Part shown: one piece after another, positions 12,935 through 25,379 of the stretch
Layout: every line of letters begins with the position of its first letter
Numbering within the stretch: position 1 is the stretch's first letter
Assembly: GCF_006345805.1 (NCBI RefSeq)
Contig: NC_042999.1
Coordinates: forward strand, 90,396,001-90,460,000
Direction: 5' to 3'
DNA: 64,000 bases
Source of the DNA: Octopus sinensis
Lineage: Eukaryota
Program-made: the position numbers and the translations under genes
The notes under the pieces: generated by a model
The model's input: only the letters and a program-made list of their open reading frames with translations
Told to the model about the DNA's origin: nothing
The model's database searches: none

Positions 12935-14712
12935 AGTCAGGGATCTGTCATAAGGTAAAAGTTGGCAATGAGTATAGCAATGAATTTAGTGTGCATGTAG
13001 GAGTTCACCAAGAATAGGTTCTCAGTCCCCTCTTGTTTATCATAATCCTCCAGGCCATAACAGAGAAATTTAAGTCTAGCTGCTCCTGAAAGCTCCTCTG
13101 TGCTAATGACCATATTCTTTTAGTTGAATCTCTACTAGAATTAGAGAACTTTCAGGCATAGAAGCAAGGTCCAGTATCAAAGTGCTTTAGAATTAATTTA
13201 GCAGTGATTGATGTACTAGTAGTAGGAAGGCAAAAAGATTACTAAATCCTTCAGGGAGATGGCCCTTGTTGATATGTAGAAAAGGTGTAGGTAGAAATTT
13301 CATACAGTGTACTCAGTGCAAGCTATGGGCACATAAGATGTGCAGCAGTATCACAATAAGGTTAACAGAGAAAGTATTCTTTGAGTGTGGCAGATGTGCA
13401 GATACAATAAATACTAAGCATGAACAGGATATAGACTTCCCCAAATGTCTCAGGATATTCTTAGAAGTAAATAGTTTCTGTTACCTGGGTGACCAAGTTA
13501 GCAGTGGAAGAGGATGCTCTGAAAGCATAGTTGCTAGAATAAGAACAGAAGAGCTATTAATTTTGTTGGCCTCTCCCTCAGAGTGAAAGGCAGACTATGA
13601 TGCCTGTGTATGAACAGCTATGCTATGTGGCAATGAAATGGGTTGTGACTGCAGAGGACTTGCAAAGGCTTGAAAGAAATGAAACTAACATACTCCACAT
13701 GATGTGTAATGTCAGCATGCATATAAGACAAAGCATAAATGTTTTAAGAGAAAAATTGGGTATGAGAGGCATCAGATGTAGTGTGCAAGAGAGAAAACTA
13801 TGCTGAGATGGTCATGTAATGTGTATGGATGAGGACAGCCACATAAAGAAATGCTAGTCTTTCTAACTGTAGAGGGAACCTGTGGAAGAGATAGACCCAG
13901 GAAGATGTTGAACCTCACAAAGATGACAAGAGATCAGGACATCTGGCAATTTCCTGTGCTTGAGAAGACATCAAGCCAAGTAAAATTGTGGCTATACATA
14001 CATGCATATACTTTACAAACATACCCCACCCCCCACAATCAGTCCCTTATCAAAACTCCTACCTTCTCCCACCTATGCTTGCCACCCACTGCAGAACCCT
14101 CCACTCTCCCTCACATGCCTACTTGCAGACACTCCATGCTCTCACATATTTACCATAGTTGCCCCTCCCACTCGCTCTAATTTCTCTCACCATCACTTAC
14201 TACAGTCATTTCTTCCTCACCTCTAAATATTTCTCCTCACACTCTTAAGAAACACCCTCTCTATCCCTCCATATCACTTATATTCACTCCTAATGTACCT
14301 TGTGGGTATGTCCCAGTGCATTTCCAACACCATCTATTTTTCTCTCTCTCTCACTGTCTGTTTCTCTATCTTTCTCTCTATCTCTTCCTGCATTTTCCTA
14401 CCGGGGTAGCCAAGTATTTCCTCTATAGTAGGGCACCTTTCTCTATCCCTGTTATACTTTAACATCTCAACCAGCTTACAGCCACCTCTCCCATCCAAAG
14501 GGTCCTTGTCTTGCAAGTTACTTGGCGGCCCCACTGGTGCTGATATAACATAAAAAGCACCCTGTAAAGGGGTTGGTATTAGGACAGGTATCCAGCCATA
14601 GAAACCATGCCAAAGCAGACATTAGAGCTTGCTGCAGTTCTCTGGTTTGCTAACCTCTGTCAAACCATCCAACCCATGCTAGTATGGAAGACAGATGTTA
14701 AATGATGATGAT
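12935..14712 (+). mobile_element. 5'-truncated, decayed RTE-clade LINE (RT C-terminal half, Cys/His zinc-finger insert, long 3' UTR)
   Basis: KVGNEYSNEFSVHVGVHQ.VLSPLLFII, LLCANDH (degenerate YADD), ICRKGVGRNFIQCTQCKLWAHKMCS..FECGRC, SFCYLGD, EGTCGRDRPRK; ends in the family tail with (ATG)n. Confidence 0.9.
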
Positions 14713-15689
14713 GTGGATGATATATATATATATATATATCAATATGGGAAAACACTGTCAGAGAAAAGCAACTGTCTGCAAAATGAGCTCTAAGAACCCT
14801 ATAAATATAAGTACCTCACCAATTTTACAAAATACTCAGAAACAAAAAGAACATTCACAGAAACATCAGATAGCTATGATTTTATAATCAATAACATCAT
14901 CAACAAGAACAGAAACAATAAAGCCTAGAATACCATTGTTATCTCCTTTCTGGGGCCACAGGGTCACATACAGCATATTTTTACAATAGAACAACAACTG
15001 TATTGCAAACACCCTATAGGACTAACGAAGTTCATCATAATGACATTGATATAGTAATAATCCAAGAAACACTCGTTATATCCAAATATATTGCTTCATT
15101 TACATAATTAATTTAAGCAAGTTTTCATTAATCTTAACAAGAAAGGCATGAAGACACAATTTTATTTACTATCTCTTCTAAATTTGAGTTCTCACATCAT
15201 CATAAAACTTAATGTCTCTTTATTTCCTGATTGAAATGGCTATGGTTGGCTGAAGTTTAAATATAACTGATATTTAAACTGGTTGTTATTCCAGTTTAGG
15301 TGTGGTGATATTTTCTTTAATATGTATACCTAGATCAATTAATTTATGATAAAAAAAGAAAAACACCATCACAAAGCATATCTGTATGAAATATAATCAA
15401 GAAAATAAAAGAATCTGGCTCCATCTGCATATATAATTCTACTTTCCTAAACAAACTTGTTCTTCTTATTCACTTCATATTTTGCAAGTGAATTAGTAAC
15501 ATTTTCTCAAATACATCTTTGAACTGAGTGAAATGTTACAACTGAGAACTGAAAGACAGTGTCACAGTTTATTACAACAAATTTTCCTAATTAGGCATGA
15601 AGCATTAGTTAGCCACTACCAATAATAATTTACATAAAGATAAAACAGGAAAAAGGATGATGATGCTTGGGATTGATGCCTTAAGAGGT

Positions 15690-16340
15690 ATATGAACCTT
15701 AAGAATCTTCTGGTCCAGAGAACACGGTGTCATCATCCCACTTTTCTCCTCCTTTGTACAGCCACACCTCGAATACTGCTGCTCCATGTGGTTTCCCCAT
15801 ACAAAACAAAACATTTCGAAAAGTGAATCACCTCAGAGAGCACTCACTAAACGAATTGAAGGCATGACTAATCTCGATTACTGGGACCACCTTAAAGCCT
15901 TGAAACTCTACTCTCTCCAGCGCCGCTATGAGCAGTACATCATTTGTATGATGTGGAGAATATATCACCAGCATTGCCAAATGATCTGAACATTAGTTTC
16001 AAGGTTCATCCAAGGCTGGAACTGCGGGCCATACATCCCCTGCCCAATTCAGGATCATAACATATAGGTACACTGTGACAATTTCTTTTCCTCAACAGGC
16101 TCTGCCCTGTTTAACATTGTACCAAAACTGATCAAAGAGGAAAAGGATCTCATCACCTTTAAATGGAGTCTGGATAGATTTCTTCAAGGAATACCAGACA
16201 AGCCACCCATACCTGGATACAACTCACTCAACAAGAACTCACTACTTGAAAGGACCATAAACAAAACTTGACTTGAAAGGGATTCAGATAATCCTATCAG
16301 GTGGTGCTATTAAGTTAGACGTGGCCTGGACCAATCTTTG
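15690..16340 (+). mobile_element. CR1-clade LINE 3' fragment
   Basis: LFSSFVQPHLEYCCSMWFPH..ESPQRALTKRIEGMTNLDYWDHLKALKLYSLQRR and LFNIVPK..FKWSLDRFLQGIPDKP, characteristic of CR1/L2-group ORF2 C-termini. Confidence 0.88.
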
Positions 16341-17536
16341 GCCGAAACATATTTAAGTTTTATGAGACAAAGAAGCACAACCAAAGTGAAAACAGTATGA
16401 GAAAAAGTTTATGTACTTAGGTTTTCTGCTTTTAAATTGGATTGTAAAATGCTAAGATTGATAGAATCTTTTCACAAAATTACATTTAAAAGTTGCAGTA
16501 ATAACTATTTGACATATCTTAAGATCAGTCAAGAAGGCAATATCTAAATGTCCAAATTTTCAGCTCTTCCAACAATATAAACAATGCAGTAATTATAAAA
16601 ATAAACTTAGATAAAAAAAAAAAGAATCAAGAAAGCAATATTCTCTATTAATTACAGAAAATTATGCACCCTTGAAATTAAAAAAATGTAGTCTGTACAC
16701 CTATTGGTCTAAAATGAGTGTATATATACATTTGCTTTTAAAACACACATTAGGTGATCCAATCATATTAAACACTGTCTTTTGAGATATCCTTTTAATG
16801 GGCTTGGCTTTTAAAAAGTGTACATGTAAGTGAATCATAGAAAATGTGTGTGTGTGTGCATGCGCTAGCAGTAATATACATAATCATGAGCGACTACTGG
16901 TCTTCCATAAAGAACCTTGCCTGGATTTGTGCCTCAGAGGGTAACTTTCTAGTTGCAATCCCCTTCATGACTGAAAGGGGTCCTTCTATAGTTAATGATG
17001 TGATGATTCTCCATCAGACAGAGACCGTATCACACTAGCTCATTATATGTTGGAAGAGATTGCCAGTTGATTAAATCAACTGCAGTATTTGACTAGTACT
17101 TTATCAATCCAACAGGATGAAAGGCAAAGTTGACCTTGGCTGGATTTGAACAAGAACATATACAATTTATTTTGTTCAATTCTCTTGAGATTCTGCATTC
17201 TGCCAATCCATTACTATCCAACCCAATTAACAAACAATACACACAGAGGAAGTTGTGGGGAAAATGCACACCCTATCAAATTATCTATCAAATTATCTAA
17301 AGTAATTAAAACAAAAACTATCCAACTCAAGTCGGATAGAAAATGGATGTTCAAAGATAATGATATGACCATGAGAGTCACTGACATATAGATCAATATT
17401 TAATTTATGAAGATGCAATGCAAAAAAAAAGAAAAAATGAGTAGTACAAAAGGAGAGAAACAGGAAAGAATGGTGTATGAAAATAAGGAAAAAAGTAAAA
17501 AGAAATCAGTTATTTCTCTGTCAGCTTAAGTAGAAC

Positions 17537-17538
<2 letters not shown>

Positions 17539-17619
<81 letters not shown>

Positions 17620-17627
17620 CGAGAGAG
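17539..17627. repeat. (GT)n(GA)n microsatellite
   Basis: Directly visible dinucleotide run. Confidence 0.97.
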
Positions 17628-18046
17628 CAGTTATAAAGAGATGATTGGGTCAATAATATCAGAAAAAACTGATTGAACTATCTTTTTAAAACTAATAACT
17701 ATTGCAATAAATAAATATATTTTTTTACACATAAGTAAGTCTCATAGGGAAAGGATTGTTCAGTTACTCATGCATCCCTCAGGACATTTTATGAACTGGG
17801 TGAAATATTTTGGCTGGGAGCAAAAACAATGTCACTATCTCTTTGTATTTAGAAATTACTATGATGCACCATAACAACCATTACCACAACTACAAGCGAA
17901 ACATTAGCATAGGAAGAAACAAGGTCGTGTGACATTCATGTCTTTATTAGAGATATAGATATGTCATTAATGTTATTAATAAAGGACTTTTGTAACTACG
18001 TAGATGTGCCAATCAAATGAATCTCAATATATTATTGGTACTTATA

Positions 18047-18262
18047 AGGAGGTGAGCTGGTAGAATTGTTAGTACACCAGGCAAAATACTTAGTAGCATT
18101 TTGTCCATCTTGATGTCCAGAGGTCTAATTCTGCAGATGTCAACTTTGCCTTCCATTCTTTAGGGGTCAATAAAGTAAGTACCAGTTGTATACTGGGTGG
18201 ATGTTCTTGACTTTATCCACTCTCCTGAAATTGCTGGCTTTGTGCCCTAATTTGAAAATAAT
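18047..18262 (+). mobile_element. SINE family B copy
   Basis: GGTGAGCTGGTAGAATTGTTAG..ACTTTGCCTTCCATTCTTTAGGGGTCAATAAAGTAAGTACCAG; matches other copies in the window. Confidence 0.8.
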
Positions 18263-19655
18263 ATGTTGGTACTTATTCAATTTACATGTCCCCTCCTATA
18301 CACACAATGAATCAAGATGAAAGACAAAGCATTCTCAATGGGATTCAAAATAATATTGGCATTAAATATGATAAATTGCAGTGTTCTAGTATTTTCACCA
18401 ACTCCCAGCTTCTCCTTAATAACAATAATGATTTTTGACATAAGCATATATAAATTGATATAAATGTTGTGGGGTGATATAGTTGATTCCATTGATTCTT
18501 ATATTTTATCTTATTGCTCCACTCCAGCCAGAAAGATGAAAGGTAGAATTATCTTGGGCAAGGATTTGAACACAGAATGTAAAAAATAATTAAATATCCC
18601 AAACAATTTTGTGTGATGCTCCACCAATTTTTCCAATCCACTGCATAAATAATAAAAATGATAATAATGACAACAACAGAAGGAGGAAGAGGAGGTTGGT
18701 TGGAGGTTAGGTGGGATGGAGAGAAAGCGAGAAGGGTGTGGCTGTTCAGAGAAGTGTTTGAGCCATTGAAAAATAAAAGCAATGTTAACCATAGTAGGCT
18801 TAGGACCAAGAGTGCAATTAAATACTGTTATGTATTTTGCCTGATGATCTACCAATTCTGTTATCCAAGTAATACGTAATTATAAGTTAATTTACAGAGC
18901 TATGTAACAGCTAATAATTAGTTTTAAGTTGCATTAGTTTTTGTTTTTTGCCTTGATTTTCACTCTTGTTAGGAATATACTTTTATATACACAATACATT
19001 ATTAATATACATTTAGAAAGGAATGAGCATTCAGTTTTCCTTCTCTATTAATTTAGCATATTATATCTAATAAAAAATGCTGTGTTCATGGTTGTGAGGC
19101 AGTGGGTAATGATTGTGATAGTTGTGAGGTGAGGATAGTGATTTTGTTAGTTGTGAGGTGGATGTACAGGTTGTAGTGGCACATCAACTCTAGTAATTCT
19201 TTAATCAACTGGTGTCTATTCTATTGACCAGGCAGCGAAAGTAGGTGATGGTGGAGCGAATGATCGTGGTAGAAAAGGTTGTGGTGGTGATAGCGATACT
19301 GGTAATGCCAGCACTGAGGTAGTGTTTACTACATACTGACGTAGTGGTTTCAATATCAGAATGAAAATAATGGTTGGCAATATTAGTTACATTTGTCAGG
19401 AGTTATAATACTTTTTCATTTTGATTCAGATCAGTAAATAATGAAATATCAAAGAAATAACAAAGACACACTACCATGAAAGACAGAAGGACAAACAAAA
19501 GTGATACAACAACAAAACTTAAACAGGAACCAAGATCATTAAAAATATTTTAAAAAAAACCTAATCATGCAGAAATGTTTATTCAGTGTGATTTAGTGTC
19601 AGGATGACTATACACAAAGATGTCCGCATATCATACAAAACACATACACAAGTAC

Positions 19656-19693
<38 letters not shown>

Positions 19694-20040
19694 GGCACAC
19701 GAGTCACTGTGTGGCAAGAAGCTTGTTTCCCAACCACATGGTTCCAGGTTCAGTACCATTGCATGGCACCTTGGGCAAGTGTCTTCTACTATAGCCTCGG
19801 GCCGACCAAAGCCTTGGGAGATTGGAAACTGAAAGAAGCCTGTATGTATTTGTGTGTTTGTTAGTCCCCCCCAACATCGCTTAACAACCGATGTTGGTGT
19901 GTTTATGTCCCCGTAACTTAGTTTGGCAAAAGAGACTGATAGAATAAGTACGAGGCTTACAAAGAATAAGTACTGGGGTTGATTTGTATGACTGAAGTCG
20001 GTGCTTCAGTATGGCGACAATCAAATGACAAGTAAAAGAA
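19694..20040 (+). mobile_element. tRNA-derived SINE family A copy
   Basis: GGCACACGAGTCACTGTGTGGCAAGAAGC..GGTTCAGTACC..GGGCAAGTGTCTTCTACTATAGCC..AAGTAAAAGA tail, as at 29516 and 38360. Confidence 0.85.
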
Positions 20041-20494
20041 TATATAATTGTTATCATCATCATCAACGTTTTAATGTACACATCTTCATGCTTGCATAGG
20101 TCAGGGAGAATTTGTTAAAGCAGGTTTTTATGGCTCGATACACTTCCTGCTGTCAAGCCTCATTATATTCAAACAAGGTAATATTTCCCTTTGACCAGAC
20201 ATATTTTCAACAGAAGATTGGAAATCAACAATATCGCTAGTATGACGATTTTTTACTATCATCATGTGATGTCAAAAGTAGGGCATACAAAGACATGCAT
20301 ATACACATGATGGGCTTCTTCCAGATTCTATCTAACAAATCCCCTCATAAGACTTTGGTTAACCCAGGACTATAGCAGAAACCCCTTGCTCATAGTGCTG
20401 CACAGTGTGACTGAATACAAACCCACATGGTTAGGAAGTAAGCTTCTTTAATAAACAGCTATGTATGAGCCTATTCTATATGCAAACACACACA

Positions 20495-20552
<58 letters not shown>

Positions 20553-20566
20553 CACACACACACATA

Positions 20567-20685
20567 CAATAGTACCTCGGTTTTCCGACAACTCTGATCA
20601 TGAATAAATCGTGCTTTATATATATAGATATATATAGCATGATTTATTTGTGATCAGAGTTTTCTCAAAAATCAAGGTATTACTG
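20567..20685. mobile_element. Palindromic pogo/Tigger-like MITE
   Basis: TA-flanked; left CAATAGTACCTCGGTTTT..AACTCTGATCATGAATAAATCGTGCT versus reverse complement of right CAGTAATACCTTGATTTT..AACTCTGATCACAAATAAATCATGCT, separated by a short (TA)n loop. Confidence 0.8.
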
Positions 20686-20714
20686 TATATATATACACGC
20701 GCACACACACACAC

Positions 20715-20945
20715 ACACCAGCATTGGTTGTCAAGTAATGGTGAGGGGACAAACACTGACACACACAAAACACATATATACTATATATACGACGGGGTTC
20801 TTCCAGTTTCCATCTACCAAATCCACTCATAAGGCTTTGGTTGGCCTGAGGCTATAGCAGAAGCCACTTGCCCAAGGTGCAACGCAGTGGGATTGAACCT
20901 GGAACCATGTGGTTAGGAAGCAAGCTTCTTACCACTCAGCCATGT
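20715..20945 (-). mobile_element. tRNA-derived SINE family A copy
   Basis: Reverse complement of the family A head and body (ATGGCTGAGTGGTAAGAAGC..GGTTCAATCCCACTGCG..TGGATTTGGTAGATGGAAACTG). Confidence 0.85.
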
Positions 20946-21850
20946 CAGATATATACACACAAATACACACGCACATGTATATATGTGTATGTGTTTGTAA
21001 ATTTTTATATGTGTATGAATTTTTATATATTTATAAATTTTCGTGTATATGTATTTATAAACTCTTAGAAAATTTTTATATATCTTATAGATGACTGCAT
21101 CTATGTATGTACTTTGTATACCATGGAGAATTTTGTTAATATGGATTGAATGAATATATACATCGACCTTTGAATTTCTTTTCTTCTCTCCTTAATTTAT
21201 ATATATATATATATACATACATACACACACACACCCATGCTAGCATGGAAAGCGGACGTTAAGCGATGATGATAACACATACATACATACACAAAAACAT
21301 ATATACAAAAAAAGTATACAATTATGAAAAAAGAATACATGCATAATACTAATACATTTTTATCAAAAAAATTAAAAGTTACCATTAAAATATTATAGTT
21401 ATTCATAATAAATGTATTATTATGATTAATGACACTGAAAATATCAAAAATGAGATTAACTTTTAATGTTTTTGATAAGAAAAAATGAGTATTGCACATG
21501 TTTTTTTTTTCATAATTGTATACCTACTTTTGCACCCCACTGTGTTTTTTTATATATTATATGTACATACATACATGCACACAAATCATATAAATCTTCT
21601 CTTGGAAAAAGACACACCCTTTTATTACACAAAATTCTCAAACTAATCTGACTTCTATTCTGGTGAATTATTTGTGAACTGAGGAAATGTAGAATCATGT
21701 GTTTTGCCTATAAAGATAAAATGTTCGTGATTTTGAGCCCAAAGTAATTCTATACACACATATATACTTAGCCATCCAGTCAATCATATTCACAATTATA
21801 TGCTAAAATATATGAATACAAATTGACACAAATCTAAGATTTTGTGTGTG

Positions 21851-21883
<33 letters not shown>

Positions 21884-22031
21884 TTCTCTACTTGTTTTTT
21901 TCTGTGTCTCTTTCTGTAGAAGAGCATAGGCTCATACGTAAAATACTTTTTCTATTCCTGGGCATTATACTAATACATCTGTTTGTTTTGTACACCACCT
22001 GTCTTCGTCTTTTGTTTTTTTCGTGAACTCT

Positions 22032-22077
<46 letters not shown>

Positions 22078-23662
22078 AGAGAGAGAGAGAGACATTTATA
22101 AATACATATTTGCACATGCAACTGCACTTATATACATAGATACATATACGTGCAAGTTTGGACCCACATATAGGCAATGCATAAACACCTGTGTATGTTT
22201 TTAAAATAGAAGAACGACATTTTAGTGGGAATTGGTTACTATTTCTAAGAGATTGGGTGACAAGTTAGAGGATTCTTCCCAGTCTTTTTGTCAACCAGCT
22301 AAATACCAAACATTTATTCAACCTGGACTAACCTGGGGTTACACAACACCAGCAAACTATCGATATGTAGTTTCTCACGTTAAAGTGAGTGTTGACATAG
22401 ACTAAACAAGTGTGTCAACATATTCTTATAAAATCAGGAAACCACATTATGATAGTGTGTATGTCTGTGGGTGTGTTATGTGTAGAACGTCAGGTAAATG
22501 TGTGTGTGTGTGTTTCGTAGTGTACACATATCTATGTCTAAGGATATGTGCATCTGTGGATGGTATTAGTAGTATTTGTGCATTAAAGGTCACTGTGTAG
22601 GAGAAAGTGTGTGTGTGCGTGTGGGCGCGCATGTGGAATAATATTGACAATATATGTATGGACAATATTGGTAGCACTTGTGTGATTATGGATCGTGTTG
22701 CTAGTGTACATGGATGTATAAAAACGATATTGGAAGTGGAGATGATACTGAATGTCAGTGCTGTTATTGATCTGATTTAGCTCCAGATCAGCTTTGATTG
22801 AACAGCCCTATGGTCAGCGGTTTCAACCTACGACCACCTCGTCTTTTCAGAAGTATATCTAAAAAAACATACATTATCCAGTATGTCATTTAGCATTCCT
22901 ACGAGAGTCAAGTGTGGCTTGAGTGACATTTGGTTGCTATTTCTCGTCAATCGATAATGGATATGTATATGGAGAGTATTGGTAATGGATAATAGAGATC
23001 GTCTATGTGTGTGTACACACACACAAATATATGTTCGTACGTATATAAAACATGCCAGTATGTTAGTGTGTGTGTGTTCATACGTAAATAGATTCAAGCG
23101 TGTGTGATTCAGAATTTGTGTCAGTGCGTTTGCAGATTATTTTGTATATTAAGTGCCGGAATTGAAAACTATGTCAACGAATGAATATTTACCGAAATTG
23201 ACCAGTGAATTGCATTACAACTTATTATTTTTTTTAATGTCACTGGAACATTAAATAAAAATGGAAATTTATCAAAATTTGTATAATCTTTTGCCTAGAA
23301 AGATTTTAATTCGCGCAGTTGATAACCCGCGTCTGTGAGTGTGAATGACACTTGTTAGAATATACATAGACATATCTATACACATACACACATATATATA
23401 TATATACACCCATACATGTATATGTGCATACGCACACATTTATACAGATACATATATACACATAGTTGTGTGTGTATATATATATATATAAGGTAAGCAC
23501 TAATTTAGATAATTATTTATTTAGATGAAAGCGCTAAATAATCATTCAAAATTCTAATACTTTTTCTCAAAATATAAAATCTGTACACCACTTTAAACAA
23601 TCTAATGATAATATATATGTATATGTGTGTGACAATTAGTTGGTTGTCATAATAAAACTCAG

Positions 23663-23784
23663 AGTTTCGGATATAGGGGCTGCAGTATGCTCCGGCATCT
23701 CATCAGTTATTAAGCGTTTTGTCTTAATAACTGATGAGATGCCGGAGCTGACTTCAGCCCTGGTATTCGAAACTAATTGTCACA
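23663..23784. repeat. Inverted repeat with a perfect 26-bp stem whose arms carry hammerhead-ribozyme core motifs (probably Penelope-derived)
   Basis: 23689-23714 is the exact reverse complement of 23723-23748 (8-nt loop), extended imperfectly outward; plus strand reads CTGATGA(23731-37)-hairpin-GAAAC(23769-73)-TAATT-GTC. Confidence 0.8.
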
Positions 23785-24074
23785 TATATTTATAGATAAA
23801 TTCCCCTATTTTACATAATATCGAGGTCTCATTCATTCTTTTGTCGTCATATTATTATTATTATTAATACACACACAGATCATTTATTTGATACTAAGTC
23901 TACGTTACTTTGTGTAACTACTCAAGCAAACACAGTTTCCACTTTACTTAAAATATCGACTGCTTTTTCCATTTCACTGCAAATCACATCAACTGAGAAT
24001 TCATGTATCTGTCTCTATGTCTGTATGTAGGCAATGTCATTGTAAACCTTTTGCACGTTAAATACATACACACA

Positions 24075-24213
24075 TACGCAATTTTTGCAAGTAAAAGGTT
24101 GACAGTAGCTTCGAAGTTTCATCTGGTAAGCTGAAATATCACATAGTCTGATGACGATTGTAAACTGAAACTCCGAAGTCACAGTCAACCTTTTGTAAAC
24201 AGAAAATCTGTAT
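24075..24213. repeat. Imperfect inverted repeat with a degenerate hammerhead core
   Basis: AAAAGGTTGACAGTAGCTTCGAAGTTTCA versus TGAAACTCCGAAGTCACAGTCAACCTTTT; CTGATGA at 24148-24154 and GAAAC at 24167-24171. Confidence 0.6.
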
Positions 24214-24354
24214 GTACTTTACTGAAACGTATTTAATGAACCTTCAATTTTGTTAAATTGTTTCTGTATATAACGTCACATAAAAACAAAACAAACTGTG
24301 TTTGTAGGTGTAAATGTATGCGAAAGAAGTATAAAAGAGAAAGAAGGAAGACTG

Positions 24355-24403
<49 letters not shown>

Positions 24404-24600
24404 AAAACGCCGTAGAGCAGAGGTGCGGCTACGGAAGACGCGAGCTGTTACTTTGACCAGGTGAGCTCAGAAAGAGTATATCTATTATTAAGAGCTTTCC
24501 AGCCATGACCTTCCCATCAGTTTTTCTCTGGACAGCTATGTCAAGGACTGTCCAATGTAACTTATATATAATTTTTTTTAATGGCTATTATTAAAAACAT

Positions 24601-24829
24601 TAAGGCAGGGAGCAGGCAGAATCATTACCGCATCGGACAAAATGTTTATTGGAATTTCGTCCGTCTTTACTCTCGGAGTTCAAATTCTGCTGGGGTCGAC
24701 TTTGCCTATCATCCTTTCTGGGTTCGATGAAATATATACTAGTTAAGTACGGGAGTCCATATAATCGACTAGCCCCTTTCATCTTTGCCCCCAAATTTCA
24801 GGTCTAGTGCCTATAGTAGAAAGGATTAT
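24601..24829 (+). mobile_element. SINE family B copy
   Basis: GGCAGGGAGCAGGCAGAATC..GAGTTCAAATTCTGC..GTCGACTTTGCCTATCATCCTTTC..TGCCTATAGTAGAAAGGATT. Confidence 0.8.
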
Positions 24830-25379
24830 GAAAAGCTTTCCAGCTATGACCATCCCATACTTTTTTTCTCCGGACAAGAATATTAAGGAATACACAGTCC
24901 AATAAACCTTGTGTGTGTATGTATGTGTGTGGTTATTATTAAAAGCATTCCGGCTTTGACCATTCCATTTTTTGATTTTGTTTTCTCCGGACAAGTATAT
25001 CAAAGACTACATTGTCCAGTGTATCATATTTGTTAATGGATGAGCGTGAATGGAGATGGGGTGTGATGAACGCAGGTTGGTACAAAAATCCGAAACCTAT
25101 CAAATAAATAATACATCATAGAAAAATAAATGAAAAATAATAGAAAAAAATCGCTGACACAGATCACTAACAATGTTGTGAAGCCAACTAGGAAGCTTCG
25201 ACGCGGTCGCATGACCTGTCAGAAATATAAGTCAAATCACACCTTCACCGTCTTAAAAAAAAAAGAGAAGGACATTGGATAATGTAAGTCTCGAGAAATA
25301 ACAAAATAAAAAAGGGAGGGGTGGCCATTGCTGGAATGTCATTCATAATACGTTTGTTCGATCGGGGAAGACACGGGGC

